A stretch of DNA of 64,000 bases. Origin: a virus. A program made the translations under genes and the position numbers. The notes under the pieces are model-generated. The model was not told the DNA's origin. It made no database searches and saw nothing but the letters and a program-made list of their open reading frames with translations. Of the stretch, positions 26,538 to 36,627 are shown piece after piece; position 1 is the first letter of the stretch, and each line of letters starts with the position of its first letter. The stretch covers positions 60,328-124,327 of IMG/VR virus record IMGVR_UViG_3300009488_000018. The stretch is one strand, 5' to 3'.

Positions 26538-27092
26538 TTAATATTTTCTACCATCTTCATATTCCCTTAAATGACCAAACACTCTACATTTTAAATTTGA
26601 ATTTCCAAGTAAATATTTTGAAGGGATATCATAAAAGGTTTTCTTTATAATAATTATCTCTTCAATTCCCGCATTTATAATTTCAGTCAAACAATCCTTA
26701 CAAGGAATTCCACAACTCATATATAACTTAGCATCTTTAGTTTTAATACTCTCTCTCGCTGCATTTATCAAAACGTTCCTCTCTGCATGCCCAGACACAC
26801 ACCATTCTAACCCTTCTCCTGATTTAAAGCCTAACACATATCTTGGACAAGTTGTATGATTTGAAACATCATCTGGATCTATGTTCTTTTCTATTAAAGC
26901 TTTTCTTAATTCTGAGTCAATATAATAACGTTCACCACAATGAGGAACTCCTCGTGGGGGTCCACAATATCCTGTACTAATAATCGACTTATCTTGGACT
27001 AAAATTGCTCCAATTTGTCTTGACAAACACTTACTATTACTAGCCACTGTTTCACATACTCGGTGATAATACTTATCCCATTCTATTGTCAT
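26538..27092 (-). CDS. dCMP deaminase
   Basis: SKCLSRQIGA, GYCGPP, HAERN, PCKDC. Confidence 0.88.
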   Translation of the reverse strand: MTIEWDKYYHRVCETVASNSKCLSRQIGAILVQDKSIISTGYCGPPRGVPHCGERYYIDSELRKALIEKNIDPDDVSNHTTCPRYVLGFKSGEGLEWCVSGHAERNVLINAARESIKTKDAKLYMSCGIPCKDCLTEIINAGIEEIIIIKKTFYDIPSKYLLGNSNLKCRVFGHLREYEDGRKY

Positions 27093-27327
27093 AAACTTTC
27101 CTCTCTTCTAAAAGTTGTTTATATTCTCTAAGACCCCCTGTTTCATGATAATTTTCATTCGAAAATTCCACTATCATTGGTTCGCCACAGTTTATACACT
27201 CAGTTTTTATAAGCCATTTATTTTCTATATAGACCGGACTTCCACATATCCATTCATGTTTACATGGTTTAACTTCGTCCATAAAAGAAAACGATAACTG
27301 TTCATATATCCCCACTATTTGACTCAT
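27073..27327 (-). CDS. hypothetical protein
   Basis: CKHEW...CINC. Confidence 0.55.
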   Translation of the reverse strand: MSQIVGIYEQLSFSFMDEVKPCKHEWICGSPVYIENKWLIKTECINCGEPMIVEFSNENYHETGGLREYKQLLEERKVYDNRMG

Positions 27328-27339
27328 AACACAAAACCT

Positions 27340-27906
27340 CTATTTCCGGTCTGGTTTTTCGGCATACCCACTAAATAATTCTGACTCATTTATTTTAAAA
27401 ACTTTCTCTAATATTTCAAAAACGACCTCTTTCGACATTCCTAAAAGTGGCGCTTCAAGCTTCATTGGCTTACTTCCATTAATCTGAAGGAGTTCATTTA
27501 CTTTTACAACCCATTCTTGAGTACAATCTGGAAAAAGATCAAGCCGGTCTGAAAAATTTGCTCCGTACCAAATTGTATCAATTTCCCAACTTTCAGCAAT
27601 TGAACAAGCTAATGAAACAAATAATAAATTTCTAGAAGGAACATACCACTCTGATACATCTTCATATCTTCCTCTTTGATTATCACCAGTTAAAGCACTA
27701 TCTACAGACAAATCTTTAACAGTAACTATAGTCCCTACAACTCCAAGTTTTTCTAATTGGTTCTTAGCTACTTCTAACTCTTTGCGATGTTTTTGTCCAT
27801 AATTAACCAATAAACAATAAACATTCTTTTTCATCTTTAGTGCTAATTCTAACATTAACCTACTATCAGCACCACCACTATAAAGAATTAATATATCCTT
27901 ACTCAT
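27340..27906 (-). CDS. queC: 7-cyano-7-deazaguanine synthase-like (QueC), short form
   Basis: SGGADS PP-loop, YGQKH, YVPSRN, FPDC, APL; C-terminal Zn cysteines absent. Confidence 0.8.
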   Translation of the reverse strand: MSKDILILYSGGADSRLMLELALKMKKNVYCLLVNYGQKHRKELEVAKNQLEKLGVVGTIVTVKDLSVDSALTGDNQRGRYEDVSEWYVPSRNLLFVSLACSIAESWEIDTIWYGANFSDRLDLFPDCTQEWVVKVNELLQINGSKPMKLEAPLLGMSKEVVFEILEKVFKINESELFSGYAEKPDRK

Positions 27907-28030
27907 TCGTTACTCCTCTTTAATTTTGTTTTTTTGTTCCAATAAAAAGAAGAAATTTCCAGGTCTAAAACACTGTTCTGAACTGAGATTCTATATATAT
28001 AAATATTAGAATAAAGGAAAGGAGGTTTTT

Positions 28031-28708
28031 ATGTATATTCCCCAAGTACTAAACGAATCAAAGAAACGAGATAGAAGTTTACCACAAGGACAATCTTTTG
28101 AGTTCATTCTTGGAAACTTCTCAAAGATAGCGTCCAGATTCATAGCGATCCAAAAGACAAAAATAAACAAGAGTAGAGTTAAGAACGAACTAAAGAAAGT
28201 CCGGGCTAGGGAGTTAGAGTTTGAAAGAAGTCAAAAAGAACTTTCAAGAGCTGACAAAATGGAACTAAGAATAAGAAGAGAGGAAATTGAAAAAGTACTA
28301 ACAGGAGAAGTTTACTTCAAAGATGGAAGCCCAGTAATGACTGACCAACTCACTTATATAGCTCAAAAACATATTCTATTCAAGTCACTTAATTTCCTTA
28401 TTGGAGCTATCAGAATTGAAGTTAACGTCGTAGCTTACATCCTAAAGGAAACAATAGAAAAATCTCAGCCAATCATCTCCATGTATCTAAAAGAACGGGA
28501 ACGACGAAAAGAAGAGAAGCGACAAAAAGAAGAGAAACGAAAGGAAGAACAGGATGTAAGAAAAGAAGAGGAAAATGGTTCTATCATTCTTGATTCCAAA
28601 CAAGTACATGACCGTATACTTGAACTAAGTAAATCATTTAAAGAAAGAAAATGGAGACAACTTCCATTTTCTAAAAAACCAAAACCTAGAGGAGGACAAA
28701 AACAATGA
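28031..28708 (+). CDS. charged coiled-coil hypothetical protein
   Basis: AGGAGG RBS after promoter-motif variant at 27991. Confidence 0.65.
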   Translation: MYIPQVLNESKKRDRSLPQGQSFEFILGNFSKIASRFIAIQKTKINKSRVKNELKKVRARELEFERSQKELSRADKMELRIRREEIEKVLTGEVYFKDGSPVMTDQLTYIAQKHILFKSLNFLIGAIRIEVNVVAYILKETIEKSQPIISMYLKERERRKEEKRQKEEKRKEEQDVRKEEENGSIILDSKQVHDRILELSKSFKERKWRQLPFSKKPKPRGGQKQ

Positions 28709-29754
28709 GACAAACAACCAAAAATCTAAAAAACGAGAGGGGATCTGTGATGGTGCTAGTTTTAATGATACTAGCTGTGCTGACTGTAATCGGTATATCA
28801 GCAACAAAAACAACGCAGGTCGAACTGCAACTTGCAGGCAATCATAAACTTATAACCCAGTCTCTTTTCCATGCTGAGAGTGGAATAGCAGTTACTACAG
28901 CATTTAACTGTGATATTCCAGAGGAATACGGTGATTCTGATTTCCACTATGTTGATCCCAACTACTGTGTAAATGTATTCATAAAATTAGACGAGAACGG
29001 AGACGAGGTTCTAGTAAACGACTACCCAGAACTTATCGTCGAAAGTACGGGTTACGCCCCGAATAAGGACCACCCAAGTTGTGCTATTACGGTTATAGAA
29101 GCGACCTTTATAAGGATAAAGAGTGGCTGGGAACAACTGGAAGCTACATTATATGTTGGTGGTAATTTAACAGATAACGGAATTGCCCATGTTGCCGAAG
29201 GAGAGTACGGAACTAGTCAAAGTCAAGAAAACTGTGAAGCAAAGTGGGATATTATTACTACTGGAGACGCCGACGAGGGTTATGAAGCTTCTAACTGGAC
29301 TGGAGATTACGGAGACTACTCAGAGTTACATAACGACGAACCCCCATTCCCATTCGACCAGGTGTTCAACCTATACAAAAGTAGATCCACAACGATAGAA
29401 AAGGACGTATCTAATAACTTAGAAATTGGTAGCGAAGACGATGCAACTGAAGTTTACTACTACCAAGCAGACGAATTCAAAGTGAATAACATTACAGGTT
29501 GGGGAATTCTGCTAATTGACGGTGATATGGTCCTCGGTGGGAATATTGAGTGGCACGGAATAATTATGGTAACTGGTAATTCTTCCACATTTGATGGTGG
29601 CGGAAACCAAACCGTGTACGGTGCTTTCCTTGGTAAAGGAGACGTTACAATTAATGGGACACCCAGCTTCTTATGGGATTGTGATGTTATCAACGCTATT
29701 AAGGATAAACACTCAATATACAAAATGACTAGTTGGCAAAACAAAATAACGTAA
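28705..29754 (+). CDS. PilX N-terminal domain protein (minor pilin-like)
   Basis: NERG-SVMVLVLMIL prepilin-like leader; ELQLAGN..AESG; C-terminal GILLIDG beta-helix. Confidence 0.8.
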   Translation: MRQTTKNLKNERGSVMVLVLMILAVLTVIGISATKTTQVELQLAGNHKLITQSLFHAESGIAVTTAFNCDIPEEYGDSDFHYVDPNYCVNVFIKLDENGDEVLVNDYPELIVESTGYAPNKDHPSCAITVIEATFIRIKSGWEQLEATLYVGGNLTDNGIAHVAEGEYGTSQSQENCEAKWDIITTGDADEGYEASNWTGDYGDYSELHNDEPPFPFDQVFNLYKSRSTTIEKDVSNNLEIGSEDDATEVYYYQADEFKVNNITGWGILLIDGDMVLGGNIEWHGIIMVTGNSSTFDGGGNQTVYGAFLGKGDVTINGTPSFLWDCDVINAIKDKHSIYKMTSWQNKIT

Positions 29755-29774
29755 ACTTAAACAGGGAGGTAGAA

Positions 29775-30035
29775 GTGGACTTATATCAAGAAATCTTGAA
29801 TTTCCAAACAAATGACATTTTCAAAAATGAATCGCCAATACTCATAACAGACCGTGAGCTTCTATGCTACCAGAATGAGATGGTCAAGATTTATTTCTCA
29901 CGTCAGTTTAACAAAATGGGTATTCCTGGTAAGATACGTGCAATCTTAGACTGGTGTAAAGAAAACGACCGTATAGTGAGTGAAGAACAAGTCTACAGAA
30001 TAGCACAAAATCCAGTTTGGAAACTCATCGAGTGA
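29775..30035 (+). CDS. hypothetical protein (GTG start)
   Basis: GGGAGGT RBS. Confidence 0.55.
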   Translation: MDLYQEILNFQTNDIFKNESPILITDRELLCYQNEMVKIYFSRQFNKMGIPGKIRAILDWCKENDRIVSEEQVYRIAQNPVWKLIE

Positions 30036-30048
30036 GTTCATAACCTCA

Positions 30049-30085
30049 CAAAAAAATCTTACTCCGTCAGACGGGTGAGATTTTT
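30049..30085. terminator. bidirectional intrinsic terminator
   Basis: A-tract/hairpin/T-tract between convergent genes. Confidence 0.7.
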
Positions 30086-30088
30086 TGT

Positions 30089-31099
30089 TTATTCCCATAA
30101 ATCCAAATTCATCTTACAAATAGTATCAAATGAAAGTCGATTAATAGAAAGCATATTATCTTCAAAATATTTTTTATAATTAGAAAGAGCTTGTTTTACT
30201 TTTTCTTCTAGAGTATTATCACTAAACTCAACAACTCCTATTTTCTTGTAATAATTTAAAAGTCTAGTTTGGTCTCTAATTAATAACGGAGTTCCACTAC
30301 ACAATATTTCAGTAGATGCTCGTGGACAACCATCCATGGAGTTGCTAGTAACAATACCAAACTTACTCTTGTTTATCAACTTGTTTAGATCCGGTCGTTT
30401 CACCCAACCCGCAAATTTAATATTAGTTACATTAAAGCGTCTACAAAGCTCTTCTCCAACTTCTGGTTTATTACCAACATGTACTATATGTAAACTTTTT
30501 AAGAAGCTAGATTTAGCAACAGTTGAAATAAAGAACTTTTGACCTTTATGGCGGATTTGAGTAAAATTGCAAATCCAAGATAAATCATATTTTTTTGTTT
30601 CAAAGTCTAATGACTTAAAGATTCTAGGATTAGCAGTTTTATAGAACGGAAAGCAATTATAAGATTTGTTAAAATCCCTTTCGTCTTCTAGTAAAATAAT
30701 ATCATATTTACCACCATATTGTGGAAAAAGTCTTCTTCCGGCTCCAAGATAGAGCTTTTTATTGAAGAGACTAGAGTTCTCTCTTACGACTTCGCCATAC
30801 TCTGGAAAACCCCCACGAAACAAAGAAATGTCTGGGCTTGAGTACTTGTAAACTTCTCTAAAAGACTTAACCCACCGTTGAATAAACTTCTTACCATTGA
30901 CGTCAAAAACAATATCTCTAGTCTTTCTCTTGGAGAGACGCCAAACAATCACTTCATCAAAAATATCATTTTTCAAATAATACAATAATATTAACAAATA
31001 AAAATCATGACAATTGTTTTCAAACGTCTCTAAGTCTCGGTACTTATGATAGTACTCTAGTTCTAAAATGTTACTTCGAAACAACCATATAGTTCTCAT
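30089..31099 (-). CDS. glycosyltransferase (GT-B, family 4-like)
   Basis: HKGQ...DGCPRASTEILCSGTP. Confidence 0.75.
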   Translation of the reverse strand: MRTIWLFRSNILELEYYHKYRDLETFENNCHDFYLLILLYYLKNDIFDEVIVWRLSKRKTRDIVFDVNGKKFIQRWVKSFREVYKYSSPDISLFRGGFPEYGEVVRENSSLFNKKLYLGAGRRLFPQYGGKYDIILLEDERDFNKSYNCFPFYKTANPRIFKSLDFETKKYDLSWICNFTQIRHKGQKFFISTVAKSSFLKSLHIVHVGNKPEVGEELCRRFNVTNIKFAGWVKRPDLNKLINKSKFGIVTSNSMDGCPRASTEILCSGTPLLIRDQTRLLNYYKKIGVVEFSDNTLEEKVKQALSNYKKYFEDNMLSINRLSFDTICKMNLDLWE

Positions 31100-31401
31100 T
31101 TCACATACTTCTTCAACCTCTTATGTGTTGTGACACTTTTCTTTACTTCTTTAGGAGTTTTTCCTTTGCCTCGCCAGTAAGTACTCGCATGTGCTATATC
31201 TTTTACTGAAGCACAAAAACCTTCTGGATCTTTCATAGTTCCCTTCATCTTCTCAACGCACTTGTCAAAAAACTCTTTTTTTGTTGGGTCGATTGCTAAC
31301 GACTTCGCAAATTTAATTACACTACCCTTATCCCAACCTCTTGGAAATTTCTTCCAACCAGCTTCTTGTATCTTTGTTAAGTATCTTTCTAAAATAGTCA
31401 T
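31096..31401 (-). CDS. basic hypothetical protein, possible virion component
   Basis: N-terminal LERYL..IQE segment; FFDKC...PEGFCA. Confidence 0.55.
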   Translation of the reverse strand: MTILERYLTKIQEAGWKKFPRGWDKGSVIKFAKSLAIDPTKKEFFDKCVEKMKGTMKDPEGFCASVKDIAHASTYWRGKGKTPKEVKKSVTTHKRLKKYVK

Positions 31402-31434
31402 CTTACTTACCTCTAATTTTTTATTTTGTTCTTA

Positions 31435-31448
31435 CTATATATATTAAT
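31435..31448 (+). promoter_or_regulatory. CTATATATATTAAT promoter motif
   Basis: Heads a single-gene + strand island. Confidence 0.7.
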
Positions 31449-31474
31449 AACTGAACATTAATTGGAGGTTTATC

Positions 31475-31804
31475 ATGAGAGAAACTCAGATTTTTGGTCT
31501 CAGTGACATAGCAAGGGAATTCCTTGAAGAGAACGTAAAACATGTACCTTGTTCTCCATGTCCTCACTGTGGGAAAATGATGTCAACTCGAATGGATATG
31601 GAACAATACGAAGACGCTCGCCATGTTGGAATGTTCGACGATGGACCAATGCTCCATAAGTACACACTGAAAGACAACTCTACTGTTAAAGAAATAGTAC
31701 AAGCATCTCCATGGTCTAGTGGACCTTGTATCTTCTTATGTCTGGAGAGCAAAAGGGGAAAACGGATAGGAGAGTGGCTTGAAGAGGAAATCAACAAGGC
31801 CTAA
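31475..31804 (+). CDS. hypothetical phage protein
   Basis: GGAGG RBS; CPHCG; PWSSGP. Confidence 0.7.
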   Translation: MRETQIFGLSDIAREFLEENVKHVPCSPCPHCGKMMSTRMDMEQYEDARHVGMFDDGPMLHKYTLKDNSTVKEIVQASPWSSGPCIFLCLESKRGKRIGEWLEEEINKA

Positions 31805-31867
31805 CAAATCTCGTATACTTTTATACGAGTAAAAGGAGTTTCTAACTCCTTTTTTTTGTTTTACTCC

Positions 31868-32893
31868 TTAATATTTAAAGTCAGGAATTTGTTCCAATCG
31901 ACAATCATACTCTGTAGGTTTCTTATCCGGTCTCAGTCTTTCAAAAGTAGGATTCGAAAACGTTACTGACATCCTGTTACCAATAAAAACATATCTTCCT
32001 TTAACAAACTTGTACGTTGGAGTAGGTGTAATCCTTACTCGATAGTATTTCATTTGTACAACGATTTTTGGACTAACAAGAAAGTCTCCTTTCTCTTCAT
32101 ATAATTTGTTACTCATAATATACTTGAAAAAATCTGCTCGTTTTTTATGAGTAAAACCAGTTCCGATCTTAGAACTACTTCGAAAATTTCCATCTTTATC
32201 AATAAACGAAGACATAAGATATGATATATGTTTCTTCGGCCAAGCAGGCATTCCAACATTACCAGCACCAATAATTGCTAAATCAACAGTTCCTGTCTCT
32301 TTAACTTTAATATTACGACCTTTAAGATCTCTTACTACAACTCCCTCAATCCCTGACTTATCTTTTACTTCAGCAAAAAGTCTCCTAAAAGCTCTCATAT
32401 CGCCATAAACTATCTTAGGAACATGGACATGTGGAAGACCAATCTTTCCATAGTTCTTCGCTATAAAAGTAATTGCCTCTTTAAAATTTAAACGTTTATT
32501 TCCAATTGAGTAAACGTCATAAACGTAATGGTGTACTAAATCTTGATGTTGAGGAAGATATGCCGTTTTTACAATAGACAAAGTTTGATTAAACGGAAGA
32601 ATTGTTCTAAACTTCTGAGCAACTAATTCACCAATCAAAATTATGTCTTTAATTCCAAGTTTCTTTAACCAACTAGCTTGTTCATATAAAACTGGAGCAT
32701 CACTCATTACTCCACCACCACTAAATTGAAATACAGGTGGTTTTCCTTCTCGATAAACTAAAGCACCAAGCATACCATCTACTTTTTCTAAAAGGTAAGT
32801 ATTCGACATACCATAGTATTTAGTCACAAAATCATCGTAAGATACTTCTTTAAAATTAACATGTTTCTTCCATAAATCAGCATAATTTTTCAT
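31868..32893 (-). CDS. ATP-dependent DNA ligase
   Basis: EKVDG motif I, GEL, YDV, EGVV, KVK; OB-fold KIGTGF...PTF.RLRPDK. Confidence 0.85.
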   Translation of the reverse strand: MKNYADLWKKHVNFKEVSYDDFVTKYYGMSNTYLLEKVDGMLGALVYREGKPPVFQFSGGGVMSDAPVLYEQASWLKKLGIKDIILIGELVAQKFRTILPFNQTLSIVKTAYLPQHQDLVHHYVYDVYSIGNKRLNFKEAITFIAKNYGKIGLPHVHVPKIVYGDMRAFRRLFAEVKDKSGIEGVVVRDLKGRNIKVKETGTVDLAIIGAGNVGMPAWPKKHISYLMSSFIDKDGNFRSSSKIGTGFTHKKRADFFKYIMSNKLYEEKGDFLVSPKIVVQMKYYRVRITPTPTYKFVKGRYVFIGNRMSVTFSNPTFERLRPDKKPTEYDCRLEQIPDFKY

Positions 32894-32929
32894 ATCTTAG
32901 TAACCTCACCGAGGTTTTCTTTTCCCTCC

Positions 32930-33622
32930 TCAAGGTTGTCTCTTTCCGAACTTGGTTCTTCCAAGTAATTCTTTCCTTTTGTCTTTCGGAATTCTTCTTG
33001 TTCGTGGACGACTAACACTTGGTGTCAGTTTAAGTAACTGATCTCTAAATTCAATCGCATTTAATGAACAAAAACCATAAGCTTCGTCAAGTCTTGTAAA
33101 GAAACGATCTATAGGTTCTTTTATTGGCTTTCCAATAATAGACACTGAAAGTTTATAATTCGTAAAATACATTATAACTTGATGATTCATATCTTTCTGT
33201 TCTTTACTTAAAGACTTATCTCTTATATTCAAAACAAAATGAAAAATCTCATGAAAAAGAACTGTCAAAGCTAAATGTTTATCTTCTGGAGTTACCATAA
33301 CTTTTATATCTAACAAACTATGACTCTTTGTATAAGCTACACCAAGAAGATCATTAGCTCGTTCGTCTTTCCTTCCTACTACTAATATTGTAATTCGCCC
33401 TATTAAAGTCGTTAAGTCAATCCGACTAATCTCACACATCTTATCTAAATAATTATCAAAGCTATCTTCTAAGTAACTACTGTATTGGTCAAATCTTTCG
33501 AGAGAGTCTTCTAAAGTAGCCCTAATCTTCTTTTTCCTTCTATATTTTCTTATAACTCTTTCTTCGAACAACAATCCAATCGGAATTCCAGTAGTAGTAA
33601 TCTCTTTAGTCTTATAAATCAT
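32930..33622 (-). CDS. HExxH metallopeptidase-like protein
   Basis: LFHEIFH. Confidence 0.55.
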   Translation of the reverse strand: MIYKTKEITTTGIPIGLLFEERVIRKYRRKKKIRATLEDSLERFDQYSSYLEDSFDNYLDKMCEISRIDLTTLIGRITILVVGRKDERANDLLGVAYTKSHSLLDIKVMVTPEDKHLALTVLFHEIFHFVLNIRDKSLSKEQKDMNHQVIMYFTNYKLSVSIIGKPIKEPIDRFFTRLDEAYGFCSLNAIEFRDQLLKLTPSVSRPRTRRIPKDKRKELLGRTKFGKRQP

Positions 33623-34315
33623 CTAGGAAACCTTTACTGTCGCTTTAAAGGGAGTAAAACCCAAGACGTCACCATGGTCTACTTCCATACAACGAAGTCC
33701 CCATATTGACAAAGCATGTAAACATACAAAATTACCGCGGAATTTATTTGGAGCTAAGTCAAGATTAGGAATCCCTGATCGCCGTCTTCCAGCAATCGTA
33801 TATTTATCCCCTAACCCGCTTTCTCGTAAATGACTTGCTAATAAAACCCTTATAGCGTCAACACTAAATTTCTTTCCAAAAGTACAAAAAATATGGAAAC
33901 TTGTTTTCCCAGTATAACGTATCTGGACGTCTCTTACAAAAGGAGCTTTTATCATTGCTTCAAATGTGTCAGTTGTTGCTATCTTAGCTCGTTTCCAATC
34001 ATCTGCATCAATATCAATAATCCCAATTTCTTCATAACGTTTCATAGCCGAGTGGACGCTAATTGTCCTCCCAGTTATTACAGTATCATAGTTTGAATTA
34101 GTTAAACGAATGTAGATTGTCTCTTTTGCCCGTCTTCTCACAACTGGTTTATTGACATCTACCATAATAAAGAATAATAAGTCTCGACCAGGAACTTCTC
34201 GTAGGATAGGACTTTTCACACGCTGGTAATAATTCCATACATCTATTTCTTTTAAACCTTTTCTATAGAAACGATTTCTTAAAATAACAGTAGCAGGATG
34301 CTCTGGATATGACAT
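33623..34315 (-). CDS. LigD-type primase/polymerase (AEP) domain protein
   Basis: HP..V, YY..V...IL, IDID, TGKTSFH. Confidence 0.7.
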   Translation of the reverse strand: MSYPEHPATVILRNRFYRKGLKEIDVWNYYQRVKSPILREVPGRDLLFFIMVDVNKPVVRRRAKETIYIRLTNSNYDTVITGRTISVHSAMKRYEEIGIIDIDADDWKRAKIATTDTFEAMIKAPFVRDVQIRYTGKTSFHIFCTFGKKFSVDAIRVLLASHLRESGLGDKYTIAGRRRSGIPNLDLAPNKFRGNFVCLHALSIWGLRCMEVDHGDVLGFTPFKATVKVS

Positions 34316-34390
34316 ATCTTCTTTCTCCCTATTTTTATTTTGTTCTACTATATATATTAATAAATGAATCTAATTTTAGGAGGTAGTTTT

Positions 34391-34648
34391 ATGAGCGAAT
34401 TAACTATTGACTTTGTGATAGACATCCACGATCACATGAAGGTTAGGTACTCTTCGGACGGAGAAATAATTACTACGGCGTTCGTAACAAGAGGAGAAGG
34501 AAGTAGTGGACTTGTATATTACTTCATGCCTTGCCAAAGAACTGAAGTAAAATCTGTAGAAGTCCATGAACAAGAACATAACATTAACCATTTTGAAAAT
34601 GTATTACGAGACCTTCATGACAAACATGTTCGTTTTATCTACTTCTAA
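34391..34648 (+). CDS. hypothetical protein
   Basis: Promoter motif at 34348; AGGAGGT RBS. Confidence 0.6.
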   Translation: MSELTIDFVIDIHDHMKVRYSSDGEIITTAFVTRGEGSSGLVYYFMPCQRTEVKSVEVHEQEHNINHFENVLRDLHDKHVRFIYF

Positions 34649-34706
34649 ATGTACTCAAACAGGAGTACTAAAAATATTAGAGAGTTCTACTTTCTAATAT
34701 TTTTTG

Positions 34707-35582
34707 TTAATAGTCAGTTGTAATTGTTAAATGAAACGGGTTAGAACATTCTTTACGTCGTAACCAAAGCCATGAATCAATATCGGAAACTGTCCAACCA
34801 ACCAATATAGAAAGCAGTTTACTAACAATAATTGTCGCAGCTCTAATCTCACATTCTTCTAACGAGTGTTTTGGAATTAAAACATGATTACCAATCTTAT
34901 TCTTCAAGTCTTCAGAATATATAATACATTTGTAATGTTCTAACATCTTTGGAACTTGATAATCTGCTGGGATTGGTAAAGACTGAATTGATTCTGGATA
35001 CCAACCAAACCTTCTATTTAATTGAATAAAAAACAATGAAGCACGTTTTAGAAACATATCAGAAGCATAACCTGGAATTGTCCTAACAAGTGTTTCAAAA
35101 GGTTTATAAACAAACTCCTGGTCTTTAAGGATTTCTCGGATAACATCTGTTGAACTATCAGCAGCTTCAAGAAGATGTTTAGCCCTCTCTTCTAAAAGAG
35201 GAAATCTATATTCTGATAACAAACAAACATATTCGTCAATTACCTCTGTATCGGGAGTCTTTTCAGGAAACTTTTCGAAAGTTTCTTCTAATAATTTATA
35301 CATCATATTTGAATCTGAACCACTCGGTCTAATATTATATTTCCCGTACCAATAACAATAGTTTATTGAATTCCCCAACAACTCCATAAAAACTAACTTC
35401 TTAACTGCTTTGGGTTCAAGTTCAAGTGGGTCAACTTCTGTTCCAAAACCAAACTTATTAACTCCAGTATCTTTCATCACTTGAGCAACTTCAGGTATTG
35501 TATCATAATCAATTGTTACATGTTTTGGATCTTTTATAAACTCTTTCGAAATTTCAAATACTGAATTAATGATACTCATCAT
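34707..35582 (-). CDS. queuosine salvage protein (DUF2419/Qng1-like)
   Basis: NYCYW, D.FLKRA.L, PADYQVPKML, E.EIRAAT, DSWLW, PFHLT.TTDY. Confidence 0.85.
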   Translation of the reverse strand: MMSIINSVFEISKEFIKDPKHVTIDYDTIPEVAQVMKDTGVNKFGFGTEVDPLELEPKAVKKLVFMELLGNSINYCYWYGKYNIRPSGSDSNMMYKLLEETFEKFPEKTPDTEVIDEYVCLLSEYRFPLLEERAKHLLEAADSSTDVIREILKDQEFVYKPFETLVRTIPGYASDMFLKRASLFFIQLNRRFGWYPESIQSLPIPADYQVPKMLEHYKCIIYSEDLKNKIGNHVLIPKHSLEECEIRAATIIVSKLLSILVGWTVSDIDSWLWLRRKECSNPFHLTITTDY

Positions 35583-35779
35583 TCACACCTCCACTCCAAT
35601 TCAAAAATTTATTTATAGTATGTTCTATCTATATATATTAATATCTGAACGAGAAAGAGTAGATTGTAACTAAAAATCTCCAATAATGAAAGGAGGAAAC
35701 ATGATGATTTAGTTAAACTTCAGGCTAGAAAATAAATCCTAAAATCTTTTTTTATTCAAGAAATTAACAAGGAGGAATT

Positions 35780-36616
35780 ATGAAAAAACTAGAGTTTTTA
35801 ATTATTGACCCACAGAACGACTTCTGTGATAAAAAAGGTTCCTTATCAGTTCCTAGAGCTGATGGGGATCTAGAACGACTGGCTGAAGTAATTAAGAGAC
35901 TCAGTAGGAAAATAACTGATATCCATGTAACTTTAGACAGCCACCACTATTTCGATATATCACATCCAGTTTTTTGGATCAATTCTGTAGGAGAACATCC
36001 CAGTCCAATCACAGTCATAACAAAGGATGACATGAAAAATGGTACCTGGAGAACAACAGTCCCAACATGCCAAAATCGGAAATCGATGGAATCTCATGGT
36101 CTAAACAGAGATGGAGCCAAAGAATATTTGGAAGCCCTCGAAACAGGAAACAGATATCCCCATTGTATCTGGCCTCCTCACTGTTTAATTGGTTCTTGGG
36201 GATTTTCGATTTTCCCCGTTCTTTATGAAGTTATATCCAACTGGGAGAAAGAAGTAAATGGCCGTTCAGTTAACTTCGTTACAAAAGGGTCAAATTTTAT
36301 GACTGAACATTTCTCCGGTATCATGGCTGAAGTTCCAGACCCTCAAGATCCTTCTACTCAACTAAATACAAAACTAATCGAAACATTACAAAATGCGGAT
36401 ATCATCGCTTTGTCAGGTCAAGCATTATCTCACTGCGTAGCTAATACTGTCAGAGACATAGCAAACAACTTTGGAGAAGAGAACATCAAAAAGTTTGTAT
36501 TAATAAAGGACACAACTTCTCCAGTCCAAGGATTCGAAAATGTTGGTGAAGACTTCGTAACAGAAATGGTTGGAAGAGGAATGCAAATATCGACCTCTAA
36601 AGAGTTCTTTGTATAA
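35780..36616 (+). CDS. nicotinamidase/isochorismatase-family cysteine hydrolase
   Basis: IIDPQNDF, DSH, WPPHC, KG, SHCV. Confidence 0.85.
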   Translation: MKKLEFLIIDPQNDFCDKKGSLSVPRADGDLERLAEVIKRLSRKITDIHVTLDSHHYFDISHPVFWINSVGEHPSPITVITKDDMKNGTWRTTVPTCQNRKSMESHGLNRDGAKEYLEALETGNRYPHCIWPPHCLIGSWGFSIFPVLYEVISNWEKEVNGRSVNFVTKGSNFMTEHFSGIMAEVPDPQDPSTQLNTKLIETLQNADIIALSGQALSHCVANTVRDIANNFGEENIKKFVLIKDTTSPVQGFENVGEDFVTEMVGRGMQISTSKEFFV

Positions 36617-36627
36617 GGAGGTCCAGA

